Below, piece by piece: positions 12,101 through 25,649 of a stretch of 64,000 nucleotides of DNA. The first letter of the stretch is position 1, and each line of letters begins with the position of its first letter. The position numbers were made by a program, and so were the translations under genes. This DNA comes from Cycas panzhihuaensis (lineage: Eukaryota; Plantae; Cycadophyta): assembly GCA_023213395.1 (NCBI GenBank), contig CM041465.1:55683741-55747740 (forward strand), given 5' to 3'. The notes under the pieces were generated by a model. The model saw only the letters and a program-made list of their open reading frames with translations, ran no database searches and was not told the origin of the DNA.

Positions 12101-13523
12101 ATCTACTATGGTGGAAGCACTAGACCAAAGCCATTTTGTTATAGATCACAAATAAAGTCAAGATGCATTAATGCTCGGTGATTTCATCACAAAGAAGTTC
12201 GTACAGACATTGTTTTCTCTGGACTTAAACAACAGGATTTGGGGGTCACAGGGAAATTCACACATGATACATCGGAATGTAACTTGTGCTGTGGCATACG
12301 AATGAATGAAGGAATCATATACTCAGACCAAGTTGATTCATAAGACCTGGTATAAACATCCTTGGATCTTAGTAGTTCTTGATGCCAGATCTATGCTTCA
12401 AATTGGTGTACTCTTTTTCAAATTTTGGTAATATTTACTCACCAAGCACACCCGGGCCTCCATGGTCAGTGTAGTAAATGAAAATATGGTCATTGGGCCC
12501 GCTATCAACAACCTTTCCACTTCCACCTTTAATTGAAGCTTTATCTCCGAGGAGAACAGCAAAGAAATTATCTACACTAACGTTCCTCCCAGTATAGTCC
12601 TGCATGATACACACAATTCATAAATAAACGAGAAACAGACAATACCACATGTTTCTACGAAGATAACAGTTGATTAAAGCTGGGACTGCACCTTAGGAAC
12701 CCCCGCATACACATCTCCTCCCTGAGGATGGTTGATAATAATTCCAGGCCGAGGATTTCCTGGACTGTAAGCAATGTCATCGTACATAAATACGACGATG
12801 TTCTCCTCTTTCAATCCTCCTCTCTTCAGAATTTGATATGCATGACAAACATCAGCCTGCATGGAATGAGAGAACAAATCACATCTACATGTACTTTACT
12901 AATTCTAATTTTCATGTAGAACTTATTTGACACATCTAGATGTACTCTACTAATTCTCATCGCTCTCTTCTGACCCCACAACCAGCAACAAGAAGAAATG
13001 CTGACAGCAGCCAATATATATAGAGAGATATGAATGAAATATATCTCAATCTATGTATCTATATCTTATATCTGTAGATTCATATGTAAAACAAAGGTAC
13101 GTATGTATATCATAGGTATAAATCTATATATGAGTGTCTTTTTATTTACTATATCCTCATACTGTCTGTGATATAAACATGTATATAAGATCTCTCTCTA
13201 AAAACTTATATCTAAAGATGACATGATTCTATCTACGCATAACTATGCGTAGTTGGATGAACGAACATATGTCTGCGTAAAATAAAGACCTGGTGTCTGT
13301 AGTTGTAATATCCGGCAGAGCCTGCAACAAGAATGGCCCACCTCGTACCAATTTTATCACCTTCATCAGATATCTTCTCGCTGAGTGTTGGAAGGTTCTT
13401 AGCGGTTGTGGGCATCCGAATTATCCCATCAAAACTACTTCTGCTGGCATCTGCTACGTTATGCAATCCTAACCAGATTAACAGCAGCACGACACCAACA
13501 AAGCACTTAAGTCGAGAATCCAT
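8973..13523 (-). CDS. VPE: Vacuolar processing enzyme / asparaginyl endopeptidase (legumain, C13), 9 exons, 502 aa
   Basis: join(13290-13523,12692-12856,12443-12599,11720-11805,11067-11266,10905-10953,9855-10082,9380-9586,8973-9155) = 1509 nt, all GT-AG, in frame. Signal peptide, [31 protein letters not shown] (His179), EACESGS (Cys221), NQRDADL, C-terminal GYSA. Confidence 0.97.
9380..9586 (-). CDS. VPE: VPE exon 8
   Basis: YKRYKDD...[11 protein letters not shown]; 207 nt. Confidence 0.95.
9855..10082 (-). CDS. VPE: VPE exon 7
   Basis: VRDRTS...GSHVMQYG...[13 protein letters not shown]; 228 nt. Confidence 0.96.
10905..10953 (-). CDS. VPE: VPE exon 6
   Basis: [17 protein letters not shown]; 49 nt. 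Confidence 0.95.
11067..11266 (-). CDS. VPE: VPE exon 5 (catalytic Cys)
   Basis: [11 protein letters not shown]...AWMED; 200 nt. Confidence 0.96.
11720..11805 (-). CDS. VPE: VPE exon 4
   Basis: [29 protein letters not shown]; 86 nt. Confidence 0.96.
12443..12599 (-). CDS. VPE: VPE exon 3 (catalytic His)
   Basis: DYTGRNV...[10 protein letters not shown]; 157 nt; not in ORF track. Confidence 0.96.
12692..12856 (-). CDS. VPE: VPE exon 2
   Basis: ADVCHAYQ...YAGVPK; 165 nt; AG/GT borders. Confidence 0.96.
13290..13523 (-). CDS. VPE: VPE exon 1 (signal peptide, N-terminal propeptide, NYRHQ)
   Basis: ATG at 13523; GT donor after CAG; 234 nt. Confidence 0.95.
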
Positions 13524-13637
13524 TGCCTACGACCCTTCAAAGATCAGACAATATTCAACTCAAATTCAAACACCAAAACACCAAATGCCAACGCACACAC
13601 AAACCACCGTGAAGGAAGGTGCAGGGCATTCATAAGA

Positions 13638-13857
13638 ATATATAGGAGTAGTTCACCCAAGGCATGTTACTTCCCCGTTACGACATTGGAGAATAAAGTT
13701 CCACGGCTTTAGCCACCGAAAACACTCAAAACCGCATCCTTAAAAGCTCATACTCATTTCATTATTTCGAAGAAATTTTAACATCGTTTGAATTCATAAT
13801 TAGGCTTTGTCCATCTATGAACTCAAATCTTATGGTAAAGTTTGGTGGCAGCCGCGT
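13638..13857 (-). promoter_or_regulatory. VPE proximal promoter (TATA, CCAAT, CGCG box)
   Basis: TATATAT 13638-13644 (115 bp upstream of ATG), CCAAT 13685-13689, CCGCGT 13852-13857. Confidence 0.5.
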
Positions 13858-14949
13858 GCCATATATTTGGTAAAGGGTGAGGTCTTAAATCCTAGTAAAA
13901 CTATTTCATTAGATCCCCATACTTTTCTCAACACACAAGATTAATGCCCTATGATATCACTGGTAGATATGGTCCCACTCACCCAACCATGTTTAATGGA
14001 ATATTTTCACATTTTTGTTTTTGAGGGTGAGAAATGGAGTCAATTATACTAGGCCATTGCTTCTCAATTCTCATAATCAAATGCATACATTGGTGGATTG
14101 TGGGGGCATGCCACGCATGATTCATAATATAACACTACTTTCCTAGTTACAAGAAATCCCATCATGCACGAACACGCATCCAATGTCTCTGAGGGAAAGA
14201 GAAAGATGTGTAATGCCACAAGTTACAAGTGATAAGTTGTTTGCGTGTCTTATGGGTAAGAAGCTACAATCTTACACTCTAAGAATCTATATGAATCTAT
14301 AATATTGTACCCTACCCCATTAACATGGAATATTCTTGACAATAATACGTGCACACTTCAGAGAGAGAGAGAGTGCACATAATACAAAATTGTTGTTGGG
14401 TTGCCTTTTATGGGTCATGAAACTCATTATCTTGAATTTACAACTACTATATAATGCTATACCATTTTGATGCACCTATACATTTGGAAAAGTAAATCGA
14501 CATTTGTATTGCTCACTATGATTATTATTTATTTAAGGATGCACATATAAGTATTGGGGCGATAATTCCCATGGAGAGATAATAATTTATAAGAGTTCAA
14601 TCATGTCATACAGACTTTATAAATGCCCACATACTTATTGAACTTCTAACTAATCTTGCTAAACTCTAAGTGTTTACTTAATCATTTTATACCATTTTGT
14701 TTTGTCAATACATTGCACAATTTGGACAAATATTTACATTAGTCATTACAATTATTGATTGCTTCTAAATGCATTCTATTCATGTCATTTTAGATGTGCA
14801 ATTATATTGAATAAGAAAGAAGTGTACTCCATAACATTAATATAATAAGATACCCCCCATACACAAACACAGACCCAAAAAGAAGAAAAAGAAAAAGAAA
14901 AAAAAAGTTACAAAGCTCAATGTTTGGTTGGATTATAATAAGTATCTAT

Positions 14950-16350
14950 TAGATAAGTATTGGCAACCTAAACTCATACCATTTGTCTTTAATTTGGAAT
15001 ATTCTTAGTAAAAGTTAGGACAAGTGCATCTTAGTCCTCCAATAGCCTTATAATTATTGAATATATAACAACATAAAGATGATTGAATAAAAGGACATAA
15101 ATGAGATCCTCCCAAAGTCATTTCCTTTTATTTTAAATAGTTAAGAATAACCAAGTCATCTAAAAAGAACTATAATTAAAGCATCTCCTTTGTCCCATTA
15201 AGTGATTGAGTGTAAATGAGGGTAATACATACTTCCTTTTGACCATTTCATTTAAATCTCATTTAATTTAAAAACCCGTGGTATATTCATATAAGATTGA
15301 TTGAAGTATAAAACAAAAAGATAATTAATCAACTATTGGCTCCTTTCTTTTAGAAAATATCAATGACTTATTAGGACAAAACAAATATAAAGCATTTCAT
15401 TAGGACTATTCATAAACTAAAAGCCTCTAACTTTAATGATTTATAATAGAGAATGAAAACTAATTATCCATATTAGATTGATTAAATCCTCTCTATCATA
15501 TATAACATTCCATTTTATTGAATGAATAAAGAGGATATAAAATTATTGTTATAGCCCATTAAGTTGGGAAAGAGAAATGCACACTTGATTAAGAAAAAAG
15601 TATCTGAATAAGATTAATAAAATGATAATGAACATGATTTTATAACATTTACACTAGACTCATGCTATTTAAGAGAAGAACACTTAAGCACATAAGACTA
15701 AAAAAACACATTTATAATAATAACTCGAAAGCAAAAAGGAAAAAAAAAAATCCCATATGGATTACTTAATTTAACTAAAAATCCTTAACATTTAATAATT
15801 ACACGATGCCCAAGGATGAGTGAGGGGAACCATCTTTTGAATTCAAGTTGTAACTAACACCTTCCTTTGACTTTATGTAAGTATATATATTCACCTTAAA
15901 ACATCCACAATTAACCATCCTTACCAATATACATCCTTCTACCAATTATGTTGTAATGTATGTGGTCAATAAGTGTGTCTAGGTCCATCTTCATCCTAGT
16001 GAAATTACTTCAATAAGAAAAAATATAAACTAAAATATCTTCTGCTACCTAACTTTTTAAATTAATCAATAAAATGATGCAAGTGTACTTTTATAGTACT
16101 AAAAAGATTCCAAATGTATTTGGTTGAAATATGTTTAAATTCATGTTCCTCATAAGAAACTATATCAATAATCAAGAAGAAAATATGCAAAATATAAATA
16201 CCTATCACTTAACTTTAAAATTTAATTGATTTGAATATAAGGTTTTTTGAGGATGGTTATGAGTTACTCTTTGTAATTGGGCCATATATAAGCTAGAATA
16301 ATGGGATTTCATATTATTTGAAAGATAATTACAAATGAGATTAATTATAT
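14950..16350 (-). mobile_element. Very old L1-type LINE reverse transcriptase remnant
   Basis: Degenerate motifs in expected order on minus strand (RPISL-like ~16300, LKLD..KA-like ~15990, QG.PLSP-like ~15830, GGL ~15040); boundaries approximate. Confidence 0.35.
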
Positions 16351-19169
16351 ATAAGGGCCTTTATATTATTATAACACATAAGTCAAAAGGTAAATGTTTA
16401 AAGTTGTAGTATTCACTTATTATTCAAAATTTATTCCTACACCAATCTTGTAGAATAAAATATATATTGTGTTATATGTCATGTACATAACAATTTTAAG
16501 TGGTGATTAGCCTTGATATATTTGCTTGGAAATCAACATATTAAACTTTATAATGATGTTTAACAACATATCTAATCTCCTTATTGGCAGTTAAGGATAA
16601 ATAAAATTATGGGAAAAAACATAATTTGAACATTATGCAATAAATATTAAAATATAAGGCATTAGAAACATAAGGAAAATATAGTAGTTATGTAAATTAA
16701 AGATAGATTTTAGCCATTCATTCACGCACCTTAGTTCCTCACTTATAATATTGAACAAAGATGAACCTATACATCTCCCTATATTTGTTATACTATTGTG
16801 TGTATGATAAAGATTTATTATTATTTTTTATTAAACATACTTGTAATAATAAAAGAAACCTATAATAAAGCAATGTATATTCTATTTATTGAACATAATG
16901 ATTATTCTTGAATGTTAATATTAATACAATTAGATGTTATACAGGTTTTCATGCTACCCTTCGCACCCCCTTCTCTCCACTTGCACCCCGCTATCTCCTT
17001 GTCCCTGCCCTGCCCCCTTCCACACACACATACATAGAGGGCTTCTACACCCTTTTATTATACTTTTTTAGGTTATAACACTTAGTGGTGACCTACTTAT
17101 TTAGTTTTTTAGAACTTTTTATTTTAGGTGTGGAACCCCCTTATTTGTTAGCACTTAATCACACCTTATATTTATGTGACTAGGGGCACTAAGGGTTTGG
17201 GGGGTAATTGTCCATTATTCAGTAGACTATTGATTCACCTGCTTTTAAAATAAACTCTTTCATATATAAATTTGAGAGTCCAATTAATGAAATAGATTCT
17301 CTAAGGTGACTTCTTTTGGAATTTTTTTCATTATGCATATCTTATAATGTATGTTAGCATAGGTTACTTTAGATATATATATATATTTTTAAAAAAATTA
17401 GTTCATATTATAGGAGAGAGAAATAGAGATAGAGTGGATATAAAAGAATGAATATGTTGAAGTTGAGCATGCAAGCATAAAATTAAGGAAGCATACATTA
17501 GGCCTACATACTATACACCAATTAAATGGAGCACTTCACTAATAAACTAAATTCCATTTCTACTAATGCATCATAAAGAAGGGGAAGTGATAATAAAGTT
17601 ATGTATGCATGGCTTCATTTATGTAATGTATCATATCCCAACTACTTCAGGAACTAATATTACCAAGAACGCAATGTTTTATATTTTATTCTATCTTAGG
17701 AATTTGTTGAGTCTGTCTTTTTCCTCTATCAAACATATAATATTTTCTACTTATTATTCTATTGTATCCTTAGTAATCAAATGTGCATATACCATTTCCT
17801 TAATCTCATCTCCGTTCTATAGATTTATTTTCCATATTGTTACTTTCATTTACTATGGATGTGTGTTCATCTCTATCCCTAGTATGTATATAATAATCAA
17901 TGTGTTCTTATGAGTAACATTCACCCTTTAATTCAAACTCATGGCTATCACACCCTTGCGACTTGCTTGAGGTCCTAACCTAAACCACTTTAAATTTATC
18001 ATCGATCTTAGATATGATAAGTATCCTATGATGATTCTTTATTTGTAGGAGATTTCTCAACTAACTTGCTATTCATTCATGCCCTTAGTGACACTACTTC
18101 TTTATATTACACTTTTCACTGCACCATTTACCTAGTACCCTCTTCAACAACTTGCATCCTAGTGCTTGTACCATTTTATAGTACTTAAGCCAAAATGTTG
18201 TTCCCTTTTGTTAATCACGTCTTCAAATCTATCATTCAAATATGACAATCAGGATGAAAGTTCCTAATGAGAAGATCTCTCTTATTTTAAATTATAAGTA
18301 ATCTCCTAATGAGTAGATTATGACTTCACTTAAAATATCCTTAAGTGACCCATTCATAACTAATAGCCTGCACCCCATTCATATTCCCTTATATTAGCAA
18401 TCTACATATTATCTTTAACTTACATATTTTTCTTACTTATATATTATATTTGATTAGATTTTATTTTAATTTTAATAAAACTCCATTCAATAAATGTACA
18501 TGTTTAACTAATAAGACAAAAAATCACTTGATGACTTCATTAATTTGAGTGACCTTAGTGTTAATATATATTGATCTGCTTTCATAATTAGATTATGGCT
18601 TAAAATTTATGACTTATTAAAAATAAATAAATATATAAATATGAGGTTATAAGTAATTAAAAGTTCCAAGATTGGCTAGCACCTACATACAGGGAAACTT
18701 GGTTAGGAGAATGCTAATTATGACTTTAAGATATGAAATTTGGTGTTCAAGTCCCATGTAAACCAACACATTTTTAAATATATAAATGTCCTTTCATAAG
18801 GACTAAACAACATATTAATTAAATAAAAATGATTTATTTTTAATAATAGTATTGAGTGGGCTTAATGGTTAGTAAGAGTTGAAATAAGTTGTTTGAAATA
18901 GTGGTATGGAGTTTAATTCTCTTTGAATCTAAACTCTTTTTAATTGTCAATACAAATTTCTAATGAATGAAATTTTCATATAAAAGAAAACTCTTATACA
19001 TGAAACCAATAAAAGGGGCATTCACTTTAATAACATCAAATTGATTTAATGGTTGAAGAAGCTTGATAAGAAACTTTGGGTAGAAGAGGTCCATGACTTA
19101 AAGCCTATTAAAAACCATATTTATTCTCTTAATACACAATGTTTTAATTTGATAGTTAAGGAGAGACAT

Positions 19170-19554
19170 TAGTATGGTTTTTCCCTAGTATTCTCCACAA
19201 ATAAGTAGTTTAACAAGCTTAAAGGACATATATAGTAATAAATAGGCTCTCTTTATTAATAATAAGAATAGAATTATAGAAACAGGGCACTTGGAAGGAC
19301 ACCAAAAGATGTATTGCATTATGTTATTACATATAATCTTAATAGACCATAATGTAATTACATTTGATAGGGCCTTAAATAGACAACAAAGGCCTCTTCC
19401 ATAAGATCCCATTGGTGGTTGCAAGCAACATCTAATTCTATTAGTAAGAGTAAACAACTTGTACAAAAACGTTAATGGCTAACACTGACAATTAACGACC
19501 TTAGTCACATGTGTTAGTAGTCAAGTTCCATTAATAACAAGCAATTATGTAATA
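19170..19554 (-). repeat. 3' LTR of element A
   Basis: Matches 52840-53235; adjacent pyrimidine tract is the PPT on the minus strand. Confidence 0.85.
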
Positions 19555-19569
19555 GGTCCTCTTCCCTAA

Positions 19570-21990
19570 GATGGTAAGTCCTCGAAGCCAAGAAGATATA
19601 GATGTTACTTAACAAATTTGATTAATTCCCACATTTCTTCCTTGGGTTCATAGTTAACCCATTATGTTAGATACTCAAAGATTGTCCTATTATAGAGGTA
19701 GTGTTATCAACTAGCTAAGATCCAATTTAGCATAATAGTGAGGAGCTGCTCTTCATTAAGGATTTGAAGAATAGTATGGGGAATAATGGTTTTACTAAGA
19801 CATTTCTTGAGACATTAGACATGAAGAACATTATGAATTTTAGTATTGGGTGGGAGTTCAAGGGCATAAGTAACTTCACCAATTCACTAGAGTACCTTAT
19901 ATGGGCCATAATAATGAGGGTTAAGCTTATAGTTTTTATTATTATTAAGGGATTACTACTTATAGAGTTGGAGGCAAAGGAAAACTAGGTCACTGGTGAA
20001 AAAATGAATGATAAAAATAGTGGCAATCAATGAGTTGTTTCATATGGTTTTGGGTTAATGCTAAGCTCTTCTAAAGGGTATGAAGGATTTGATCTATGTT
20101 TTTATGCTTCTATTAGACTACAACCATTAGAAGCTTAGTTTCCATGGTGTGGTAAGATGGTGGAGGATAGCCATAAAGAGCCTTCAATGGAGACATATTG
20201 ATGGTTGAGTGGTGAAATGAGTTGTACTAATATTCTACAAAGGTTAATTAGGAGATCCATTTATTTTGATGTTTAAAAGTAAAGCAACATAAATATATTT
20301 TTAGTGTTTTATTAAGGTCTTTTGCTTGACCATTAGTTTATAGGTGGTAGGATAAACTCATGTTGAATGAAGTCCCTAAGGCAGAGAAGAGTTCTTGCTA
20401 GAATGAGCTAGTAAATCTAGGGTCTTGGTCATAAACTATTATTGAGGGAAATCCATGGATATGAAAAATAGACTAGATGTATAGGTTAATGAGGCAAGAC
20501 ACTTTATAAGAGATGTGAATAGGTAAGAAATAGGCATGCTTAGTTAGTGTATAAGTGATTACTAAGATAGAGTCAAATCTAACAGATGGTGATAGGCCTG
20601 TGATGAAATCCATTATATTGTCTTACCATTTACCTTGAAGAATATATAGGGGTTGAAGGAGGCCTGATTAAGCCTCAATATCTATTTTATTTAATTAGAA
20701 AGTATTGCACTTAGAGACAAATGTAAGAATAGAGGGCTTCATATGTGATAAGTAAAAGTCAGGATGAATATGATGATATATTTTATTAAATCTAGAGTGA
20801 CCTCCTAAGGGGGTGGAGTGATACCCAGATAAAATGTGAGGAATAAAAGCTAATGTAGGATGGATAAAAATATGATTTCTATGTAAGATATAATTGCTAT
20901 ACATGGATTAATCCTTTGAGTATGGACTTTGGTGGTCCATTATGTAAAATCAGGTTTAGATTTATTTTCAGTGGCTAATTCTATTAACCATATTAGTTTG
21001 GGCTTGGAGATTGCATAAATGGTGAGTTTAAGGAGAAGGTGGGAGAGGGCATCAATGATAAAATTATCCTTTTCTTTCTTATAGGTGATAATAAAATTGA
21101 TTTCCAAAAGATGATTGATCCACTTGGTTTACTCTTTAAATAAAATTGGCTAGTAAAAAAATAATGAAAGTTATGATGGTCTATTCAAATAGTGGATTTA
21201 GAACTAAGGAGATATTGGTGCTACTTATTTATAATAAGTAAAATAACTTTCATTTCCTTCTAGTATGTTGATAATTGACATTTATGGTCTTTAATCTTAT
21301 GGGTTTCAAATAGTAATGGGTAAAAGTTTTGCAATAGCACAACACTTAGATCAAATCCAAAAGCATCATATTCTAGTTAGAAAGGTTGGGAGAAGTCTAA
21401 GGTACGAAGGACTAGGGTAGACCCCATAGTTATTTTAAGATAATTGAAAGCATCATTTGTAATTCATGACTATTTAAATAAGTCCTTACAAAGTAGATTA
21501 GTTAGTGAGGCAGTAAGGGAAGTATAATTCTTAATAAATCATTAGTAGAAGGACAACTTCTAAATGCTAGAGGTGATAAGTCATGAAAGAACTATAAATA
21601 GGTATGTCATTGAAGAAAATAATGATAAATTTTCAAAGGTAGGAGGCATAAATTTTATTCATTATGGTCTAAAATATGTTCGTGGCATTACAGAGGCCAA
21701 AGAGCATGACTTAAAATTCAAAGTGGCCATGATACATCTGGAAGGTACTCTTATAATGATCCCCAGGGATAATAGGGATTTGGTAATTGCTTGATTAAAG
21801 ATCTAATTTATAGAATATGGTAGCACCACAGATCATCTATTAAATCATTAATCATTGGGGTTGGGAACTTATTATTTTATTATGATTTTATTAAGTTCAT
21901 AGTAGATAATACATAGTTGAAAGGATCCATCCTTTTTACAAACAAGGATAATAAGAGCAACATAGGGGATTTTACTAGACTGGATGATAC
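19570..21990 (-). pseudogene. Element A pol remnant: RT-RH-integrase-chromodomain
   Basis: IFFNDI (YxDD-like), HSTPLGGHS, MDFITGL, DQDPRFTSSF, EYLT*WVNY...WE; many stops. Confidence 0.88.
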
Positions 21991-21991
21991 T

Positions 21992-24353
21992 TGTTTCACT
22001 AAAATTAGCCCCCTTGCTTGATTTTGATATGTGTTATTGATTGATTATTTTTAGACTTTGGTTTATGTTTGAATTATCTTTACTTGTTATGCAGATTCAT
22101 TAATTGATGCCTAATTCATTATATCATGGATTTATTGAAATTGCATATGCTTTAATACTTATATTATGTTAATCTTTATCATGATATAATGACTAAATAA
22201 TATACTATGTATGATGATGAATATATATATTGATGACTAATATTATGGAGATATGTCATAATTTTTATCCATTTTGAATCATCTAGTTCTACAATCACTT
22301 CTTATTTGCTTAATTCTTCTCAAATTTGTAATTATTTCATGGATATAGTCTTTTTGGTCATATTTTTCATCTTGTTTTGTACCATGAGTTCCATTTTTGG
22401 GCTATATCAATTAATGTTTTAGCCAAATATCTTTTATAGACTAAGTTACCTAAGAGTTTTTTCACTTTTGATATTTTATTTTTAACTTTTTCCATTTATT
22501 ATGTTTTTAGTATAACTAAAAATGTGATTTTATTCATAAAATATAATCATCTTGTTTTATGAATATAGTCACATTTTAGCCCTTCATAAAATGAAACCCT
22601 CACATTTTATGAAGGAAATCATGCTTTTTACTAGGTCATTCATAAATTTTTTTAGTAAAGAATATCAATTCCTTTTTATTCTCAGATACTGCCACTTAGA
22701 ATCATATGAGTTTATCACCCCTTCCCTTTAAATTCCTTGAGACCCTCAGAACCTTCATCATTCATGCAATTTTTTATTAAAGAAGAAGTGAATCTGAAGA
22801 GAATATTGGATTTTTTAACTTAATGGTTTTTAGAATTTTGTATGAATTGCATCAACTTGCTTCAAGACCAGATATTTTTGGGGTACTTTCTTATCATCTA
22901 TTATTGTTGTTAAGGTAATATTTCATTTTTAATGTAGAGATCTTAGTTTTATTGATTTATTAGTGCTCTTTCTAAGTTTGTGGGCTTATTTTTTTCTTAA
23001 GTGTTAGAGATTTAATTGAGGACCAATCCTTATGAGCTTAAGTTGGACTAGATGAGGTGAATAGAGAGCTATATTCACCTTATTCTCTACTCAGTTCTCA
23101 GGTCCATTTACTCACCCATCCGTTGGAATCACTTTTTTCTAAGTTCTATTACTTTTACATGTGGATTTCTCTTATTCTTCTAATAATTTATCATCTTCCT
23201 TTCATCCTCATGATTTCAAGGATTAGATGATGAGGTTTAGGTAGGATCTAAATACCATTCTAAGGCACAATTCATCGATTACATTCATCTCTCAAGTAAG
23301 TTAGTTTATCTCTTTTATTTGTAAATCTTTTCACTTAAGAAAAAAAACATATATTCATACATCTTATTCTTGTGTTCCTATGAAAGTAGTATGATACTAT
23401 AGGTGATCTAGTTTCATGAGAAAATTTTGATATATACTTGTATATCCATGTTGTTCTTTATTTTCCTCTTGCATACAAATTTTCTATCTTATATATCACT
23501 ATTTAAAATCATTTTAGCTTGATTTACACATTGCATTTAATAAAATATTGTCAATTAGTTCTATTTTTAGCTATATTTGCTTTGAAATTTCTCTTTAATC
23601 AAGTATATATTCCATGCAAAAGAGAGATTTCTAGTGAAAGAGGATTAAATCAACATCAAACTTCATTTTTATAAGTATGTACATCTTCTTCTTCTAAGGA
23701 CTTCTCTCTCTTTCTTTAAATTTGAAATTATTGTAAAGTTAGAATCAAATAAAAGTGAAAAGAAATTATTTGTTGTTATGAGCTTGTTTCTCTCATGATT
23801 GATCTTTCTCTTTCCCTATTCTAGTTATATCATTAAAAGAAAAAGAAGGATTTTCATCTTGTATGTTTGTCATTGAAAGTCCTCTATTGTAAGACCATTA
23901 TAATTGCATGATTTCTCATTTCATTGCCTTCTTTCATACTATTAAATATACTTGAAAAGTAGAAAGAAGTACAAGAAAGTGTGTAGATAAGACAATCATA
24001 AGTGTAACTCCTGATCTCAGAACTCCTTCATCACTTATGTCATTTAGCTATTTTTCTCACTTATATGCATATGGTTTAGTATTTCATGCAAATGAAAGAT
24101 ACTCTTTAGGGGTTACCTATGGCTTCATCTCTTTAGTTATGCTAATCCATTTGGTTGCATGCACTTCCTTTGATCATGATTCTCTATCATCTTTCACATT
24201 TTAAGAATAACATACAAGTGATTGAAGACTCCTTCTTAGGAGTTGGTGTAGGTGGCTTTCCCCTTTAGATTAGTTTCTCTTTATCTCCTTTTGTATTTGA
24301 TATTGACTAGAAAACCTTACTAAAGAGACATCTAATATGAAGAGGATAAGACA
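21992..24353 (+). repeat. 5' LTR of element B
   Basis: Colinear direct repeat of 33434-36443; ends GATAAGACA. Confidence 0.9.
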
Positions 24354-25649
24354 TATTTTTCGAGACCACATTAGGGAGTTGCCTAAACTTCTTACTTACA
24401 TCTCCTTAGTCCTAAACTTTTACCTTTTATTTCTTATATCTCCTTATTCATAGAGATAACACCATAAAAACAACCTAAGAAGTCATTGAAACATCAAGCA
24501 TCACTCTTGAGTATAACTATAAGTACATGCATTTCACTCAAGAAGCTTCTTCCACTCATGGGGAGTATTCTAAGCATCAAACTTATGAGACTTATTTATA
24601 TTCCCTTGAGGAACCAAATTAATTATATGAGGCCCTAATTAAGTAAGGATACCTTGATGTACCTTCTCACTGTGTTGTTAATTCATCTCTTCCTATTTCT
24701 TCTTCCATGTAAGAAGAAATCCAACCCACTTAAGTCCTTCATTTTTATCTTGAACCAAGACTTATTAGAATTCTATTTCCTATACCCATTCCTAGTTACA
24801 ATGATTCGTTTCATCAAGATACTCATATTATGTCAACATTTCCACATCATTAGCAATTTGACCCTCTTCTATAAGAGTATGAATCCTTTCAAGTTGAACC
24901 TTTTGATATCATTAAAGTTACTCATTCATCTGTTCCTTCACATCCTCCTATCCCTAAGCCATCTTTTGTTTAGCTTCTTAAAATAAGTGATACTAGATTT
25001 ATCCATTCCCATCCTCATATTTAATCCTAACCTTTACAAGAGGAAATTCAACCCCCCTCTATTTCTTCTATCCCATTTGATGTTCCTCTTAAGGCTTCCA
25101 CTTAAGAACATCTTATTACCTATTATGCTTTTACTTCTTACCATTCAACTAGAGGATCTTCATCCATCCCTAGACACATCTACCCCAATCGTAGTATACC
25201 TACTTCTTCCTATTACACCTCAATTCCTAATCAAGTTAATCCTCATATTGCTTCATAATAAAATATTATACAAATCGTGAGACCCCTGCCTTCCCATTAT
25301 AAAAGACCTCACCCTATAACACCTCCTTATTCAAAGTGTGATACCTAAATCTCTCATCCCTATGTGATTTTTAATCAATCACATTCACTATGCTGGTCAA
25401 TCATCCTTCTTCATCCTTCATTCCTATGCCCATTTGATAACATACTTCACCTCCTCTTCATTATAACCCTACATTTCCTCAATATCTTATTTCTTAAACT
25501 AATCCTAACATTAATCCATCTACTTAGTTTAACCCTTTACACCCACCATCGACTCATCCTTTACATCATAATCAATAACCCCTTGCTTCTACTTTCTCTT
25601 ACCCATCTTTCTTACCTCAATGTTGAGGCTTAGGAAGCCCTTTTTTATT

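Noticed and set aside
9517-13635. Plus-strand and off-frame ORFs overlapping VPE exons
   Set aside because: Antisense shadows of real exons; no independent protein features
16950-17240. C-rich/G-rich patch as MITE or G-quadruplex
   Set aside because: No convincing TIR or TSD; function unsupported
17500-18250. Possible RTE-like LINE remnant and 115-aa ORF
   Set aside because: Motif resemblance too weak; ORF is AT-biased noise
18450-18480. Inverted similarity to 53244-53268 suggesting TIRs around element A
   Set aside because: Short, almost all A/T, no TSD; chance not excluded
24654-25633. Leu-rich hydrophobic ORFs resembling membrane/env proteins
   Set aside because: Off-frame reading of a C/T-rich, C->T eroded Pro-rich region of element B
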